Shown piece by piece: positions 19,754 to 30,138 of a DNA stretch of 33,483 nt. The translations under genes and the position numbers were made by a program. How positions within the stretch are numbered: position 1 is the first letter of the stretch; each line of letters begins with the position of its first letter. Source of the stretch: a bacterium. Lineage in GTDB: Bacteria > Patescibacteriota > Patescibacteriia > UBA1558 > UBA10009. Below the pieces are notes generated by a model, which did no database searches, was not told where the DNA came from, and saw nothing but the letters and a program-made list of their open reading frames with translations. The DNA is taken from the NCBI GenBank assembly GCA_018672055.1, contig JABHGM010000001.1, positions 573,494 through 606,976 of the forward strand, written 5' to 3'.

Positions 19754-19782
19754 AATATAGCAGAAATAGCTTATTTTGTCAA
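19754..19782 (-). promoter_or_regulatory. sigma70 promoter of the 1234-aa gene
   Basis: Minus strand TTGACA (19782-19777), 17-nt spacer ending TGc, TATATT (19759-19754). Confidence 0.8.
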
Positions 19783-19814
19783 TAATAAAACTAACTTTTA
19801 CTATAAGTTAGTTT
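19783..19814 (-). terminator. probable terminator of the 696-aa gene
   Basis: aaactaactt / aagttagttt inverted repeat (19788-19797, 19805-19814) with a T-rich tail on the minus strand. Confidence 0.6.
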
Positions 19815-19825
19815 ATAATATATAT

Positions 19826-21916
19826 TTAATTAACGTATTCAAATATATAGTTTTTACCATCAATAGCATACCAGTAATCAGCACTTTGCTTATGTTCTAA
19901 GATCCTGTCTTTAGCATCAAACCAATAATCATTTATTACTAAGTAAATAGTATTAACATCAGTTAAATATCTAGCAGTAGCAATAACATCTACTGTTTTT
20001 TCTTTAGCATAGGCTAAGTCTTCATATAATTCATATAATCTGTTGCCTGTAGGTACTGGGTAAAAGTAGAAATCATTATGATAATATTTATAACTAAGCT
20101 CAGAAATTGCAGAAGCAGAAACTGGTTGAGCAGCTAGAACTATGTATGGTCTACCTTGATTTAAGTTTTCTAAAAAGTTAACTGTTTTAATATCAGTAAC
20201 AGATGTTGAAAAACCATGATCCTCACTTATCTTATCAATTCTTGGATATGAAAGATAAAAAGAGGTGGTAAAGGCTAAAGAAATTAAAATAGTGGAGAGA
20301 AGAATAAAAGTGGAACTTTGTTTTAATAGTTTATTAATTAATAAATAGAAAGCTAAAATGATGAGAGGCAGTAAAAAGTAAAGACTCATTTCTAAAACTC
20401 GAATAGGATAATTTTGTTGTTCGTGAGATAGCAAACTAAAAAATGAAATACCTGTAACTAGTATTAAATAATTAGCTAGCATGATTAAAGTCATAACTGG
20501 ATAAATACTAAAACGTTTAAATCTTTTTTTAGTAATTAAAAATATTACAGTAATAGCTATTAAAAATACTAAGAATGCTATTATGTTATACCCATAGTTA
20601 TATATTAAATCATAAATTGAAATAAAAGGACGATAGAATAATGAGTAATCTTGATTACTTAAAACAGTAGCTAAGTTTTGAGTCCAATTACTATTTAAAC
20701 CAACTTTCATTTCTGATAGTGTTTGGGAGTTAATAAAAAAGGCAAAAGGCAAGGCAAAAAAAGAAACAACTACTATTTCCCAGAATATACTTTTACTTAA
20801 AAGTTTAGGCAGAGTAAGTCTAGATCTATGATATATAAATAGTAAAACAATAAAAATAATACAGGGTATACCAGCTAAAGGATGAATAGCTAGAGTCATG
20901 AGCGATAGTAGAGCAAGTGGCCAAATAGCAACCTTAGGATGAGATATAAAGTAAATACCTAAAAATATAGTAATTAGTAGAAATACATTAGCTAAAGCTT
21001 GAGGTGTAGTAACAATAAAATTAGTAAATGGTATAGCTAGAAGTAAAAAGATAATTAGTAAAATGGTTTTTTCTTTTATTTTAAAATTATTTTTAAGAGC
21101 ATAGTAAATAGTAAGTGGTATATAAACAGCAGACATAAGTGGTACTAGTATCTTATCTATATTAATAACTGAAAAGTTAAATAATTTATGTAAGTATATT
21201 ATTAAACTATATTGCCCAATGTAATAAAATGGCTTAGGTAGCAGAGTACCTGATTCCAAAATTAATTTAAGATTAGCTCTATGTATAAAAGGATCATAAT
21301 CAAAACCTACTTGGTAAGTAATAACAGCAATAATAGAACTAATAAAAAAATGTAATATTATTAAAGTTAAGTAATTACCTTTTTTATTAAATATTAATAA
21401 GTTAAGTAAAATAAAAGAAGCAATAAAGTAAATAAAGAATATTTGACTAGGTATTACTTCCCATGGAGATCTAATACTAAGTCCAGTTCTAGAATTAAAA
21501 ACTAAAAATGTAATTATTGATAATAGTATTAAATAGATTAAAACAAGAATTAATTTTTTTAAATTAAACTTAGTTTTTATTTTCTCTGGAAAATCAATTA
21601 ATAGAGGATACTTAATAATTATTGGTAAATAAAGTAATGGAATAATTAGTAAGTTGAATAAAAAAGTTAAATCATTTAATTTAAATAAATAAAAACAAAC
21701 AGTATTAATTAAACTAGCAATTACCAGAGTAAATAATATGCCAAAGAATATTTTACATGGATAAGAATTTTTTATAAATAGATAATTACCCAGTATTAAA
21801 GAAATATATATTAAATATAAAAGCCCAATAAGTAATTTAAAAGGGAATACTATAATTAAAACAATTAGTATTAACGAGATTAGTAAATGTTTCTGCCAAT
21901 TAATTAAATAAGTCAT
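19826..21916 (-). CDS. polytopic membrane protein, putative GT-C-fold glycosyltransferase
   Basis: Many TM segments, loop motif GFDYDPFIH, HPL motif, soluble C-terminal domain. Confidence 0.6.
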   Translation of the reverse strand: MTYLINWQKHLLISLILIVLIIVFPFKLLIGLLYLIYISLILGNYLFIKNSYPCKIFFGILFTLVIASLINTVCFYLFKLNDLTFLFNLLIIPLLYLPIIIKYPLLIDFPEKIKTKFNLKKLILVLIYLILLSIITFLVFNSRTGLSIRSPWEVIPSQIFFIYFIASFILLNLLIFNKKGNYLTLIILHFFISSIIAVITYQVGFDYDPFIHRANLKLILESGTLLPKPFYYIGQYSLIIYLHKLFNFSVINIDKILVPLMSAVYIPLTIYYALKNNFKIKEKTILLIIFLLLAIPFTNFIVTTPQALANVFLLITIFLGIYFISHPKVAIWPLALLSLMTLAIHPLAGIPCIIFIVLLFIYHRSRLTLPKLLSKSIFWEIVVVSFFALPFAFFINSQTLSEMKVGLNSNWTQNLATVLSNQDYSLFYRPFISIYDLIYNYGYNIIAFLVFLIAITVIFLITKKRFKRFSIYPVMTLIMLANYLILVTGISFFSLLSHEQQNYPIRVLEMSLYFLLPLIILAFYLLINKLLKQSSTFILLSTILISLAFTTSFYLSYPRIDKISEDHGFSTSVTDIKTVNFLENLNQGRPYIVLAAQPVSASAISELSYKYYHNDFYFYPVPTGNRLYELYEDLAYAKEKTVDVIATARYLTDVNTIYLVINDYWFDAKDRILEHKQSADYWYAIDGKNYIFEYVN

Positions 21917-21997
21917 AGTATAATTTTAACATAATTTATCAATTAAATCAGTACTTATCTAAAACTAAAAGATTTGATATAATATATAAGTAAATTT
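21917..21997. promoter_or_regulatory. divergent promoter region with extended -10 elements
   Basis: Plus: TGaTATAAT (21975-21983), 14 nt before ATG 21998. Minus: TGtTAAAAT (21931-21923), 6 nt before ATG 21916. Confidence 0.55.
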
Positions 21998-23617
21998 ATG
22001 AATAGAATATTTAGAAAGTTTAATAAGAAACTTGTAATTTTAATGTTATTTGGAATAGCTTTTTTTATTATTTATTCATTCTATGGTAATAATGCATTTA
22101 ATGTAGATTCTAGTATTAAAATATATAATTCACCTGATGCTACTGCTAATTATACGTTTAGTAAAGTTTTTTACGAAAGTAATGAGTTAAGTTTTAAAGA
22201 TGATGTTAATTCTGTAGCAGGTAAATTAGTTAGTCCTCGTAGTATGAGAGTTATTGATGGCTTAACAGTGCCTGCTAGTTTTATGGGTATGCCTCTATTT
22301 TATGGCTTACTTAGTAAAGCATTTGGTTTAAATTTAATTAATTACTTTACTCCACTTATTGCAGTATTAGGAGTTTTTATATTTTATTTCTTAATTAAAT
22401 TGTTATTTGATAAAAAAATAGCTTTTTGGTCTGCTATATTTTTATTTATTAATCCTGCTTTTTGGTTCTACTCCTCAAAGAGTATGATGCCTAATATATT
22501 ATTTATTACACTTTTCTTATTTACGTTATATTATTCTGTACTCTCAATAAAAAAGAAAAAGATATATTATTATTTATTAGGTGCTATATTTTTAGCTTTA
22601 ACTTTAATGGTTAGGACTTCAGCTATAGTATGGATATTACCTATCTTTTTTATACTTGGCATATTTAATTTTCAAAGACTTAAATGGAAATACATTATAT
22701 TATCACTACTTGTCTTTTTAATTACGTTTTCACCAATACTATATTTTAATTTAGAAAATTATGGTCATGTTTTAAGTATAGGTTATGAATTTGGCCTAGA
22801 GTTAGATGATGATAGTCTATTAAATAATAGTATTTCTTTAGTACAAAGTATATTTTTGCCATTTAGTTTTCATCCAAAAACAGCTCTATTTAATACATTT
22901 GATTATACTTTTAGGTTATTTCCTATTTGGTCTATTATTTCTTTGATTGGTTTACTCATTTTTAGTTTTAAAGCTATTACTCGTAAAAAGTATGATGAAT
23001 TAATGTATCTTTTTATATTTTCAGCAATTGGAGGATATTTAATGATATATTATGGTTCATGGAGATTTCATGATAATCCTAATCCTGATTTAATTACTAT
23101 TGGGACTTCGTATGTAAGGTACTTTTTACCTATATATATCTTTTTAATTCCTATGGTAATACATAGTATTAGTAATTTATATAAAAGGCAGAAATATATT
23201 TTACCTGTTGTCTCTGTTGTTTTATTTATAATACTCAGTTGGCAAAGTTATCAAGTAGTTGTTTTAAGTGAAGGTGATGGCTTAAAAGATGTTAGTAACA
23301 CCTTGTCAGGTTATCAAGTATTAGCTCAAGAAGTTAATAATTTAACTCCTGATAATTCTATTATAATAGCTGATCGTTTAGATAAAGTATTTTTTCCTTC
23401 AAGAAGTGTAATATTTAAATTAAATAATGATCGGGATTATAATGCAGTTTATGATTTAATTGATGCTGGATATCCTGTATATTATTTTTACTTTACTAGA
23501 TCTGATGAATTACTAAATGAATTTAATAATAAATATTTTACTAAATTTAATTTGAAAGTAGGGGAGAGTATTAAAGACTTTGAAGAACAAAGTTTATATC
23601 CAGTAAATAAATTATGA
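21998..23617 (+). CDS. GT-C membrane glycosyltransferase (ArnT/PMT_2, GT39-like)
   Basis: Acidic first-loop motif NSPDATANY, many TMs, NPAFWFYS, LMVR, YVRYFLP. Confidence 0.75.
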   Translation: MNRIFRKFNKKLVILMLFGIAFFIIYSFYGNNAFNVDSSIKIYNSPDATANYTFSKVFYESNELSFKDDVNSVAGKLVSPRSMRVIDGLTVPASFMGMPLFYGLLSKAFGLNLINYFTPLIAVLGVFIFYFLIKLLFDKKIAFWSAIFLFINPAFWFYSSKSMMPNILFITLFLFTLYYSVLSIKKKKIYYYLLGAIFLALTLMVRTSAIVWILPIFFILGIFNFQRLKWKYIILSLLVFLITFSPILYFNLENYGHVLSIGYEFGLELDDDSLLNNSISLVQSIFLPFSFHPKTALFNTFDYTFRLFPIWSIISLIGLLIFSFKAITRKKYDELMYLFIFSAIGGYLMIYYGSWRFHDNPNPDLITIGTSYVRYFLPIYIFLIPMVIHSISNLYKRQKYILPVVSVVLFIILSWQSYQVVVLSEGDGLKDVSNTLSGYQVLAQEVNNLTPDNSIIIADRLDKVFFPSRSVIFKLNNDRDYNAVYDLIDAGYPVYYFYFTRSDELLNEFNNKYFTKFNLKVGESIKDFEEQSLYPVNKL

Positions 23618-25110
23618 AAAGATTAGTAAATAATTTATATAGTTTTTTTAAAATAATTATAATTATTATTCCTTTTATATTACTAGCTTTTTTAATAAAT
23701 AAAGATTTAGTAAGAAGTGGTACTATTTCATTTGTATATGATTTTTCTCAAGATTCACCTGTTATTACCAATCTATTTCCAGCTAATCGTATGAGTGATG
23801 TAAATAAGGTTAAAGATTTTGATATTTATTGGCAGAGTATAAATAATGAACCTGTTTATTTTGAAACTAGATTACCTCAAACCTTTGATAAAGCAGAAGT
23901 AGAAGTTATGTATCAAAATAATGATTTACCTTTAATTCAAATTGGTTTAAATAATATGGGTAGTAATGAATGGAATTATGATTTTAAACCATTAGAGAAT
24001 AAGTTACTTGATAATTTAGATTGGTTTAAGCTTGAAAGTAGTGATAAAGCTTTATATCAAAGAAAAAAACAATATCTTTCAATAGATCAGTTTTTAGAAG
24101 AAAAAGATACTTTAACTAACTTTGCTGCATATAATTATGATATTGATCGTAAATTTACAATTCCAAATTATTTAGCTAGTGATGATTACAAAGTAATGGA
24201 TAAAACATTGAGAGGAACTCATAGTTTTTATACTTATATTAAAGATGAAGCTTTAGATTTTGTATTTACTATTCAAGATATAAATAGAGCAGAAGGTTTA
24301 GATGAACTTAAAATTAAATTATATAATGATCAAGGTATTTTAATTTATGAAAAAAAAGTTGATGATGATGGTTTAATAAGCAAATATGATCCAGCTTCTG
24401 CATCACGTAATATTAATTTTTATTTTGAAGGTCTAGCTGAAGGCGCATATAAGATAGTACTAGACTGCGCGGATGAAATATTTTTTAGGGAAATTAAAAC
24501 AAAACAAAAATATTTAACTTTTATTGATCGATTATACTTAGTTGATAATCCTAGTTATTCAGATGGTTTTATAGATTTAGAATACAAACCTACAGCTATC
24601 TATAGTACTATACCTAGACTTGGCTTCTATACTTCACATAAAGAAGGCAAACAGCTCATTGGGATAAATAATGAAGTTATTGAAATAGACGAAACTCATA
24701 AAAATTATTATCTAACACCAAGTAGCATGCCGGTATATATGTTTATACCTAAAAATGATATTAAAGTATTTGGTCAGGGTTTAATGAGTTTATCTGATGA
24801 TATGTATTTTAATCCAGAGATATATAATTTAAGGAATATAACTGATTTTTCAAATATTGATTATTTAATTACTGATTATATTAAACCTACCTTAGTAAAT
24901 GGTTGGCAGACAGGTAAAGTAAGTTTTGATTTAAATAATGCATCAGTTATTAACCGTAAATTACGTTTTGCAATTTCTGCGCCTGAACTTAATAGTTTAA
25001 ATGAAGAAATACCTGTTTTACAAATCAAAGTTACTTTAACAAAAGAACCACTTAGTTTAAGTGAGTTTTGGGATAAAACATTTAGTTATATTAAAAAGAA
25101 ATTAAAATGA
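23614..25110 (+). CDS. hypothetical membrane-anchored extracytoplasmic protein
   Basis: 498-aa ORF, single N-terminal TM, beta-rich; ATGA overlap with the upstream gene. Confidence 0.8.
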   Translation: MKRLVNNLYSFFKIIIIIIPFILLAFLINKDLVRSGTISFVYDFSQDSPVITNLFPANRMSDVNKVKDFDIYWQSINNEPVYFETRLPQTFDKAEVEVMYQNNDLPLIQIGLNNMGSNEWNYDFKPLENKLLDNLDWFKLESSDKALYQRKKQYLSIDQFLEEKDTLTNFAAYNYDIDRKFTIPNYLASDDYKVMDKTLRGTHSFYTYIKDEALDFVFTIQDINRAEGLDELKIKLYNDQGILIYEKKVDDDGLISKYDPASASRNINFYFEGLAEGAYKIVLDCADEIFFREIKTKQKYLTFIDRLYLVDNPSYSDGFIDLEYKPTAIYSTIPRLGFYTSHKEGKQLIGINNEVIEIDETHKNYYLTPSSMPVYMFIPKNDIKVFGQGLMSLSDDMYFNPEIYNLRNITDFSNIDYLITDYIKPTLVNGWQTGKVSFDLNNASVINRKLRFAISAPELNSLNEEIPVLQIKVTLTKEPLSLSEFWDKTFSYIKKKLK

Positions 25111-25484
25111 GAAAAAGATTATTAAATAATTTAGGACAACTAATTTTAAATATTTTTAAAATACTTTTTCCTGTATCAGTAATTACTTTTATAATATATT
25201 TTATTATTGAAAATTTTAAAGTAGGTATTATTTCTAATTATTTTGATATGCATTACTTACTACTTATTGCTTTAGTAAGTGGTTTCTTTTTATTAATGTT
25301 TAATCATAAGAAAAATAGCTATTTACCTTATAAAAAGCTATTATCTATTATCTTAACTTTACTTATTATATTCATTAGTTTTCAATATTTACAAAATATT
25401 GAAAAAATGAGATACTTTATATCACTTTTGATAGGTCTAGCTACTTATATTATAATCAACTTATATCCTTCAAAATATGATTGA
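25107..25484 (+). CDS. small hypothetical membrane protein (about 4 TM)
   Basis: Hydrophobic 125-aa ORF overlapping both neighbours. Confidence 0.75.
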   Translation: MRKRLLNNLGQLILNIFKILFPVSVITFIIYFIIENFKVGIISNYFDMHYLLLIALVSGFFLLMFNHKKNSYLPYKKLLSIILTLLIIFISFQYLQNIEKMRYFISLLIGLATYIIINLYPSKYD

Positions 25485-25953
25485 CGGCGTTAAAATTAAA
25501 AAATTAGAGGTACATAGTGATGACAGAGGCTTGGTTATGGAATTTATGAGAGATGATGATGAAATATTTGAAAAGTTTGGTCAAGTATATATGACTTTAG
25601 TTAAATACGGCATTGCTAAAGCTTGGCATTATCATAAATTACAAGATGATCATTTTGTTTGTGTTGAAGGTAAAGCTTTAGTTGCTCTATATGATATGCG
25701 TGAAGATTCTCCAACATATAAAGAATCTCAAGATTTTGTCTTATCAGCTCCTGAAATTGAAGGTGATCATTTATTAATTAAAATACCTAAAGGTGTCTTG
25801 CATGGCTTTACAGCTTATGAATGTGACCAAGCTAAAATTGTTAATACACCAACTCAACATTTTAATTACAAAGAGCCTGATGAGTTAAGATATAAGTGGG
25901 ATGATCCAGATATAGAATATAAATGGCCTAAATATGTTAAAAAAGGTGGTTAA
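25477..25953 (+). CDS. rmlC: dTDP-4-dehydrorhamnose 3,5-epimerase family cupin
   Basis: HSDDRG, FGQ, AWHYH, YDMREDSPTY, IPKGVLHGF. Confidence 0.8.
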   Translation: MIDGVKIKKLEVHSDDRGLVMEFMRDDDEIFEKFGQVYMTLVKYGIAKAWHYHKLQDDHFVCVEGKALVALYDMREDSPTYKESQDFVLSAPEIEGDHLLIKIPKGVLHGFTAYECDQAKIVNTPTQHFNYKEPDELRYKWDDPDIEYKWPKYVKKGG

Positions 25954-25958
25954 ATAAT

Positions 25959-26369
25959 ATGGATTGTATATTTTGTAAAATTGTAAAAGGTGATTTACCT
26001 TCAACTAAAGTTTATGAAGATAAAAGGTTTTTAGCTTTTCTAGATTTAAATCCTATTAATAAAGGACATGTTTTAGTAATACCTAAAGATCATCACAATA
26101 CATTTTTAAATACACCCGTTGATTTATCAAAAGATTTATTGGCTCTAGTTAAAACATTAGCCCCAGCTGTTATGACTGCTAGTGGAGCTAATGGTTTTAA
26201 CTTATTAGTTAATAATGGTAAAACAGCTGGACAATTAGTTGATCATGTACATTTTCATATAATACCTCGCTTAAAAGATGATAATTTACATCATTGGCCT
26301 GGTAAACAATACTTGGATAATGAAATGGAACTATTTTCTAAAAAGATTATTAAAGCATTAGAGAAATGA
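25959..26369 (+). CDS. HIT family nucleotide hydrolase (Hint-like)
   Basis: MDCIFCKI, GHVLVIPK, AGQLVDHVHFHIIPR. Confidence 0.93.
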   Translation: MDCIFCKIVKGDLPSTKVYEDKRFLAFLDLNPINKGHVLVIPKDHHNTFLNTPVDLSKDLLALVKTLAPAVMTASGANGFNLLVNNGKTAGQLVDHVHFHIIPRLKDDNLHHWPGKQYLDNEMELFSKKIIKALEK

Positions 26370-27325
26370 GAATATTTGTTTACGGTTCCATTGTTTATGA
26401 TAGAATAATGGATTTTCCAGATTTTTTTAAAGATTATATCTTACCGAATGAAATACATAATTTAAATGTTTCTTTTATGATTAATCAGCTTAAAGAATCA
26501 TTTGGTGGTACTGGTGGTAACATTGCTTACAACTTATCCTTAATCAAGTCTAAACCATTACTATATGGTTCAGTAGGTAAGGATTTTGAACCATACAAGA
26601 AGCATTTCAAAAATATTGATTTAACTGGGGTTAAAACTCATTTAAAAGATTTTACAGCTTCTGCATATATTATTACTGATAAATCAAATAATCAGATAAC
26701 TGGATTTCATCCAGGAGCTATGCGTTATCATACTTCTAAACCAAAGTTTAAAAAAGATGACCTAGTTATTATATCTCCAGCAAATCCAAATGAAATGCTT
26801 GATATGGCAGAAACATGTTTTAAAAAAAATATACCCTTTATCTTTGATCCTGGACAACAAATAATTCAATTTACTAAGACTCAGTTAAAGAGAGTTATAA
26901 AACAAAGTAGTATATATATAGTAAATGATTATGAACTTGCCTTAACAGTTAAGTTAACTGGTTATTCAAAAGATATTATTTTACAAAAAGCTGGTATCTT
27001 AATTACTACACTTGGCAGGAAAGGTTCATTAATTCAAGTAAGAGATGGTAAGAAAGTAATAACATATAAGATAGCTCCTGCTAAGATAAAAAAAGTAGTT
27101 GATCCAACAGGTGCCGGGGACGCTTTTAGATCAGGCCTCATAAAAGGACTTGTGGATAACAAAAAATACTTTTTAAAGAAAGAATATGTTAAAATGCCTT
27201 GGCTTGAAATAGGGCAACTGGCTTCATTAACAGCAGTTTATGCTTTAGAAAGCTACGGTACTCAGAATCATAAATATACCTTAAATAATTTAAAAAAAAG
27301 ATATAAACTTAATTATAAAACATAA
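26366..27325 (+). CDS. PfkB family kinase, probable adenosine kinase
   Basis: GSIVYDRIM, GGTGGNIAY, FDPGQ, NDYE, DPTGAGDAF; directly upstream of ahcY. Confidence 0.85.
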   Translation: MRIFVYGSIVYDRIMDFPDFFKDYILPNEIHNLNVSFMINQLKESFGGTGGNIAYNLSLIKSKPLLYGSVGKDFEPYKKHFKNIDLTGVKTHLKDFTASAYIITDKSNNQITGFHPGAMRYHTSKPKFKKDDLVIISPANPNEMLDMAETCFKKNIPFIFDPGQQIIQFTKTQLKRVIKQSSIYIVNDYELALTVKLTGYSKDIILQKAGILITTLGRKGSLIQVRDGKKVITYKIAPAKIKKVVDPTGAGDAFRSGLIKGLVDNKKYFLKKEYVKMPWLEIGQLASLTAVYALESYGTQNHKYTLNNLKKRYKLNYKT

Positions 27326-28588
<1,263 letters not shown>

Positions 28589-28589
28589 G

Positions 28590-28603
28590 TACTTTTTAAA
28601 GTA
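28590..28603. repeat. palindromic motif copy 1 (TACTTTTAAAAGTA family)
   Basis: tactttttaaagta, 13/14 match; related copies at 29849 and 30117. Confidence 0.55.
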
Positions 28604-28620
28604 ACTTATTAAACAGATAC

Positions 28621-29481
28621 ATGGATAAAGAAATCATAATAATTAGAACAAAATCTGGACATAAATATGCAGAGGCTGTTGCTAAGAAGATAAATAACTT
28701 GGGTGTAGAGTGTAGTAAAATAGTATGCTGGGAAGACTTAGAAAGTTTTATGGAGCAAAATGAATGCAGTCCTGAAAATACTTTATTTCATTTTCGAACA
28801 GCAGGGCCAAATGTTAATCCCAAAGCTTTTGAACTAGAAAAACAAGGTTATCGTGTAATAAACTCAGCTAAAGTTCTTGATCGTACATCAGATAAATTTA
28901 AATCATATGAATGGGCTCATCAGCAGGGAATTGAATTACCTATTACTAAGAAAGGTAAACGAGAAGAGATAAAGGAATATATTCATAATAAGGGTATAGA
29001 TCAGTTTGTTCTTAAACCAATTAATAGTAACGGCATGGGCGCTTTTTGTTTCCGTTCTTCTTTAAATGATCCTGAACTTGATAATAAATTATCAGATGTA
29101 CCAGGTAAAGAAATTATTATTCAAGAATTTGTTAAATATATTAAAATTTTTAGAGTAATTGTAGTCGGAAATAAAGCATTAGATAAAGCTGTATTTTATG
29201 ATGAACCAACTTCTGATGATTGGAAAGTAAGCGTTTGTATTAATCCAGCCATGAAGCTTGATAAAAATCCAGATCCGAAGCTTTTAACCTATGCTAAACA
29301 TTTAGCAGACGTGTTTGAATCTGAAGTTGCTTTTATAGATATATATGAGACTAAAGATGGTTATGTTTTAAGTGAAATTAATACAGCTTGTACTTTAAGG
29401 TTACATGAAAAGAAATCAGGATATAGTATTTCAAATGATATTGCTGAATATTTAGTTTCTGAATTAAAAAAAATTAATTAA
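28621..29481 (+). CDS. RimK/LysX-like ATP-grasp ligase
   Basis: RVINS...DK, P.T, VLKP..SNGMG, IIQEFV, RVIVVG, IDI...GYVLSEIN. Confidence 0.8.
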   Translation: MDKEIIIIRTKSGHKYAEAVAKKINNLGVECSKIVCWEDLESFMEQNECSPENTLFHFRTAGPNVNPKAFELEKQGYRVINSAKVLDRTSDKFKSYEWAHQQGIELPITKKGKREEIKEYIHNKGIDQFVLKPINSNGMGAFCFRSSLNDPELDNKLSDVPGKEIIIQEFVKYIKIFRVIVVGNKALDKAVFYDEPTSDDWKVSVCINPAMKLDKNPDPKLLTYAKHLADVFESEVAFIDIYETKDGYVLSEINTACTLRLHEKKSGYSISNDIAEYLVSELKKIN

Positions 29482-29487
29482 AAATAT

Positions 29488-29838
29488 ATGAATTTAGAAA
29501 ATTTAGAGTCTCAAGAAGCATTATCTCCTGTTTTACAGGAAATAAAAGATATGGATCTAAAGTACTCTGAAGAGGAATTTAGTAAAGTAACCGGATCAGA
29601 AAGTAATTCAATTGATACATCTATTTATGAATTTTTAGTCATTGCTAAGAAATTAATTGATGGTCAAAAACTAGCAAATAACCCATTTGATGAAATGCTT
29701 GAAATTTTAAGAAGAGAATCAATGAAAGATCATCCAAAATTTGAATTATTTAAAGATACTGTTAGAGAGTTAGTAAAAAATTCTGTAAAGACTAAAAATT
29801 CTGAGAAGGATGAAGAAGTTTGGGAATCAAATATATAG
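29488..29838 (+). CDS. hypothetical acidic protein
   Basis: 116-aa ORF starting 6 nt after the upstream stop; no recognisable motif. Confidence 0.7.
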   Translation: MNLENLESQEALSPVLQEIKDMDLKYSEEEFSKVTGSESNSIDTSIYEFLVIAKKLIDGQKLANNPFDEMLEILRRESMKDHPKFELFKDTVRELVKNSVKTKNSEKDEEVWESNI

Positions 29839-29895
29839 AAATAGTAAGTACTTTTAAAAGGAATTAAGAAGTGTACATAAACAAGGAGAAAGACC

Positions 29896-30078
29896 GTGAA
29901 TGATACTGCGAAAGATTATGAAAATAAAGAAAAAGCAAGAGATGTTAAATCTTCATTTGATGAATGTCCTAAGTGTAATGTAGGTAACTTAGTATATTAT
30001 GATTGGATTGGTAAAAATAATGAAGGTAAATATCGTGCTTGTGATGAATTGGATTGTGAATTCGATGAAAAGATCTAA
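29896..30078 (+). CDS. small C4 zinc-ribbon protein (topoisomerase zf-C4-like spacing)
   Basis: SD aaggag + GTG start; CPKC..G.L...G...KYRAC...DC.F. Confidence 0.7.
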   Translation: MNDTAKDYENKEKARDVKSSFDECPKCNVGNLVYYDWIGKNNEGKYRACDELDCEFDEKI

Positions 30079-30092
30079 GAATAATTAATGTC

Positions 30093-30123
30093 TGGGGACA
30101 TTACTATTGTCCCCATTCCTTTT
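30093..30123 (+). terminator. possible terminator/attenuator hairpin before rmlB
   Basis: tggggaca-ttactat-tgtcccca followed by ttcctttt. Confidence 0.6.
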
Positions 30124-30138
30124 AAAAGTATTTAATAT

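Larger units (their letters stand above)
19574..19782 (-). repeat. ~210-bp promoter + leader, copy 2
   Basis: Colinear with 15607-15814. Confidence 0.95.
29845..30134. mobile_element. candidate MITE-like/invertible mini-element bounded by inverted repeats
   Basis: tacttttaaaaggaat (29849-29864) is the exact reverse complement of attccttttaaaagta (30115-30130); extends to 19/20 bp. Confidence 0.4.

Noticed and set aside
13424-19782. Repeats as a CRISPR array or a diversity-generating retroelement TR/VR pair
   Set aside because: Only two copies, kilobases apart, with no spacers. Differences are not adenine-specific, and no cas or reverse transcriptase gene is present.
19826-21916. Firm call as AglB/PglB oligosaccharyltransferase
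   Set aside because: No WWDxG motif; only a general GT-C-like resemblance can be supported
29896-30078. LysW amino-group carrier next to a LysX-like ligase
   Set aside because: Lacks the C-terminal EDWGE motif and the second CxxC spacing; no lysZ/Y/J/K nearby
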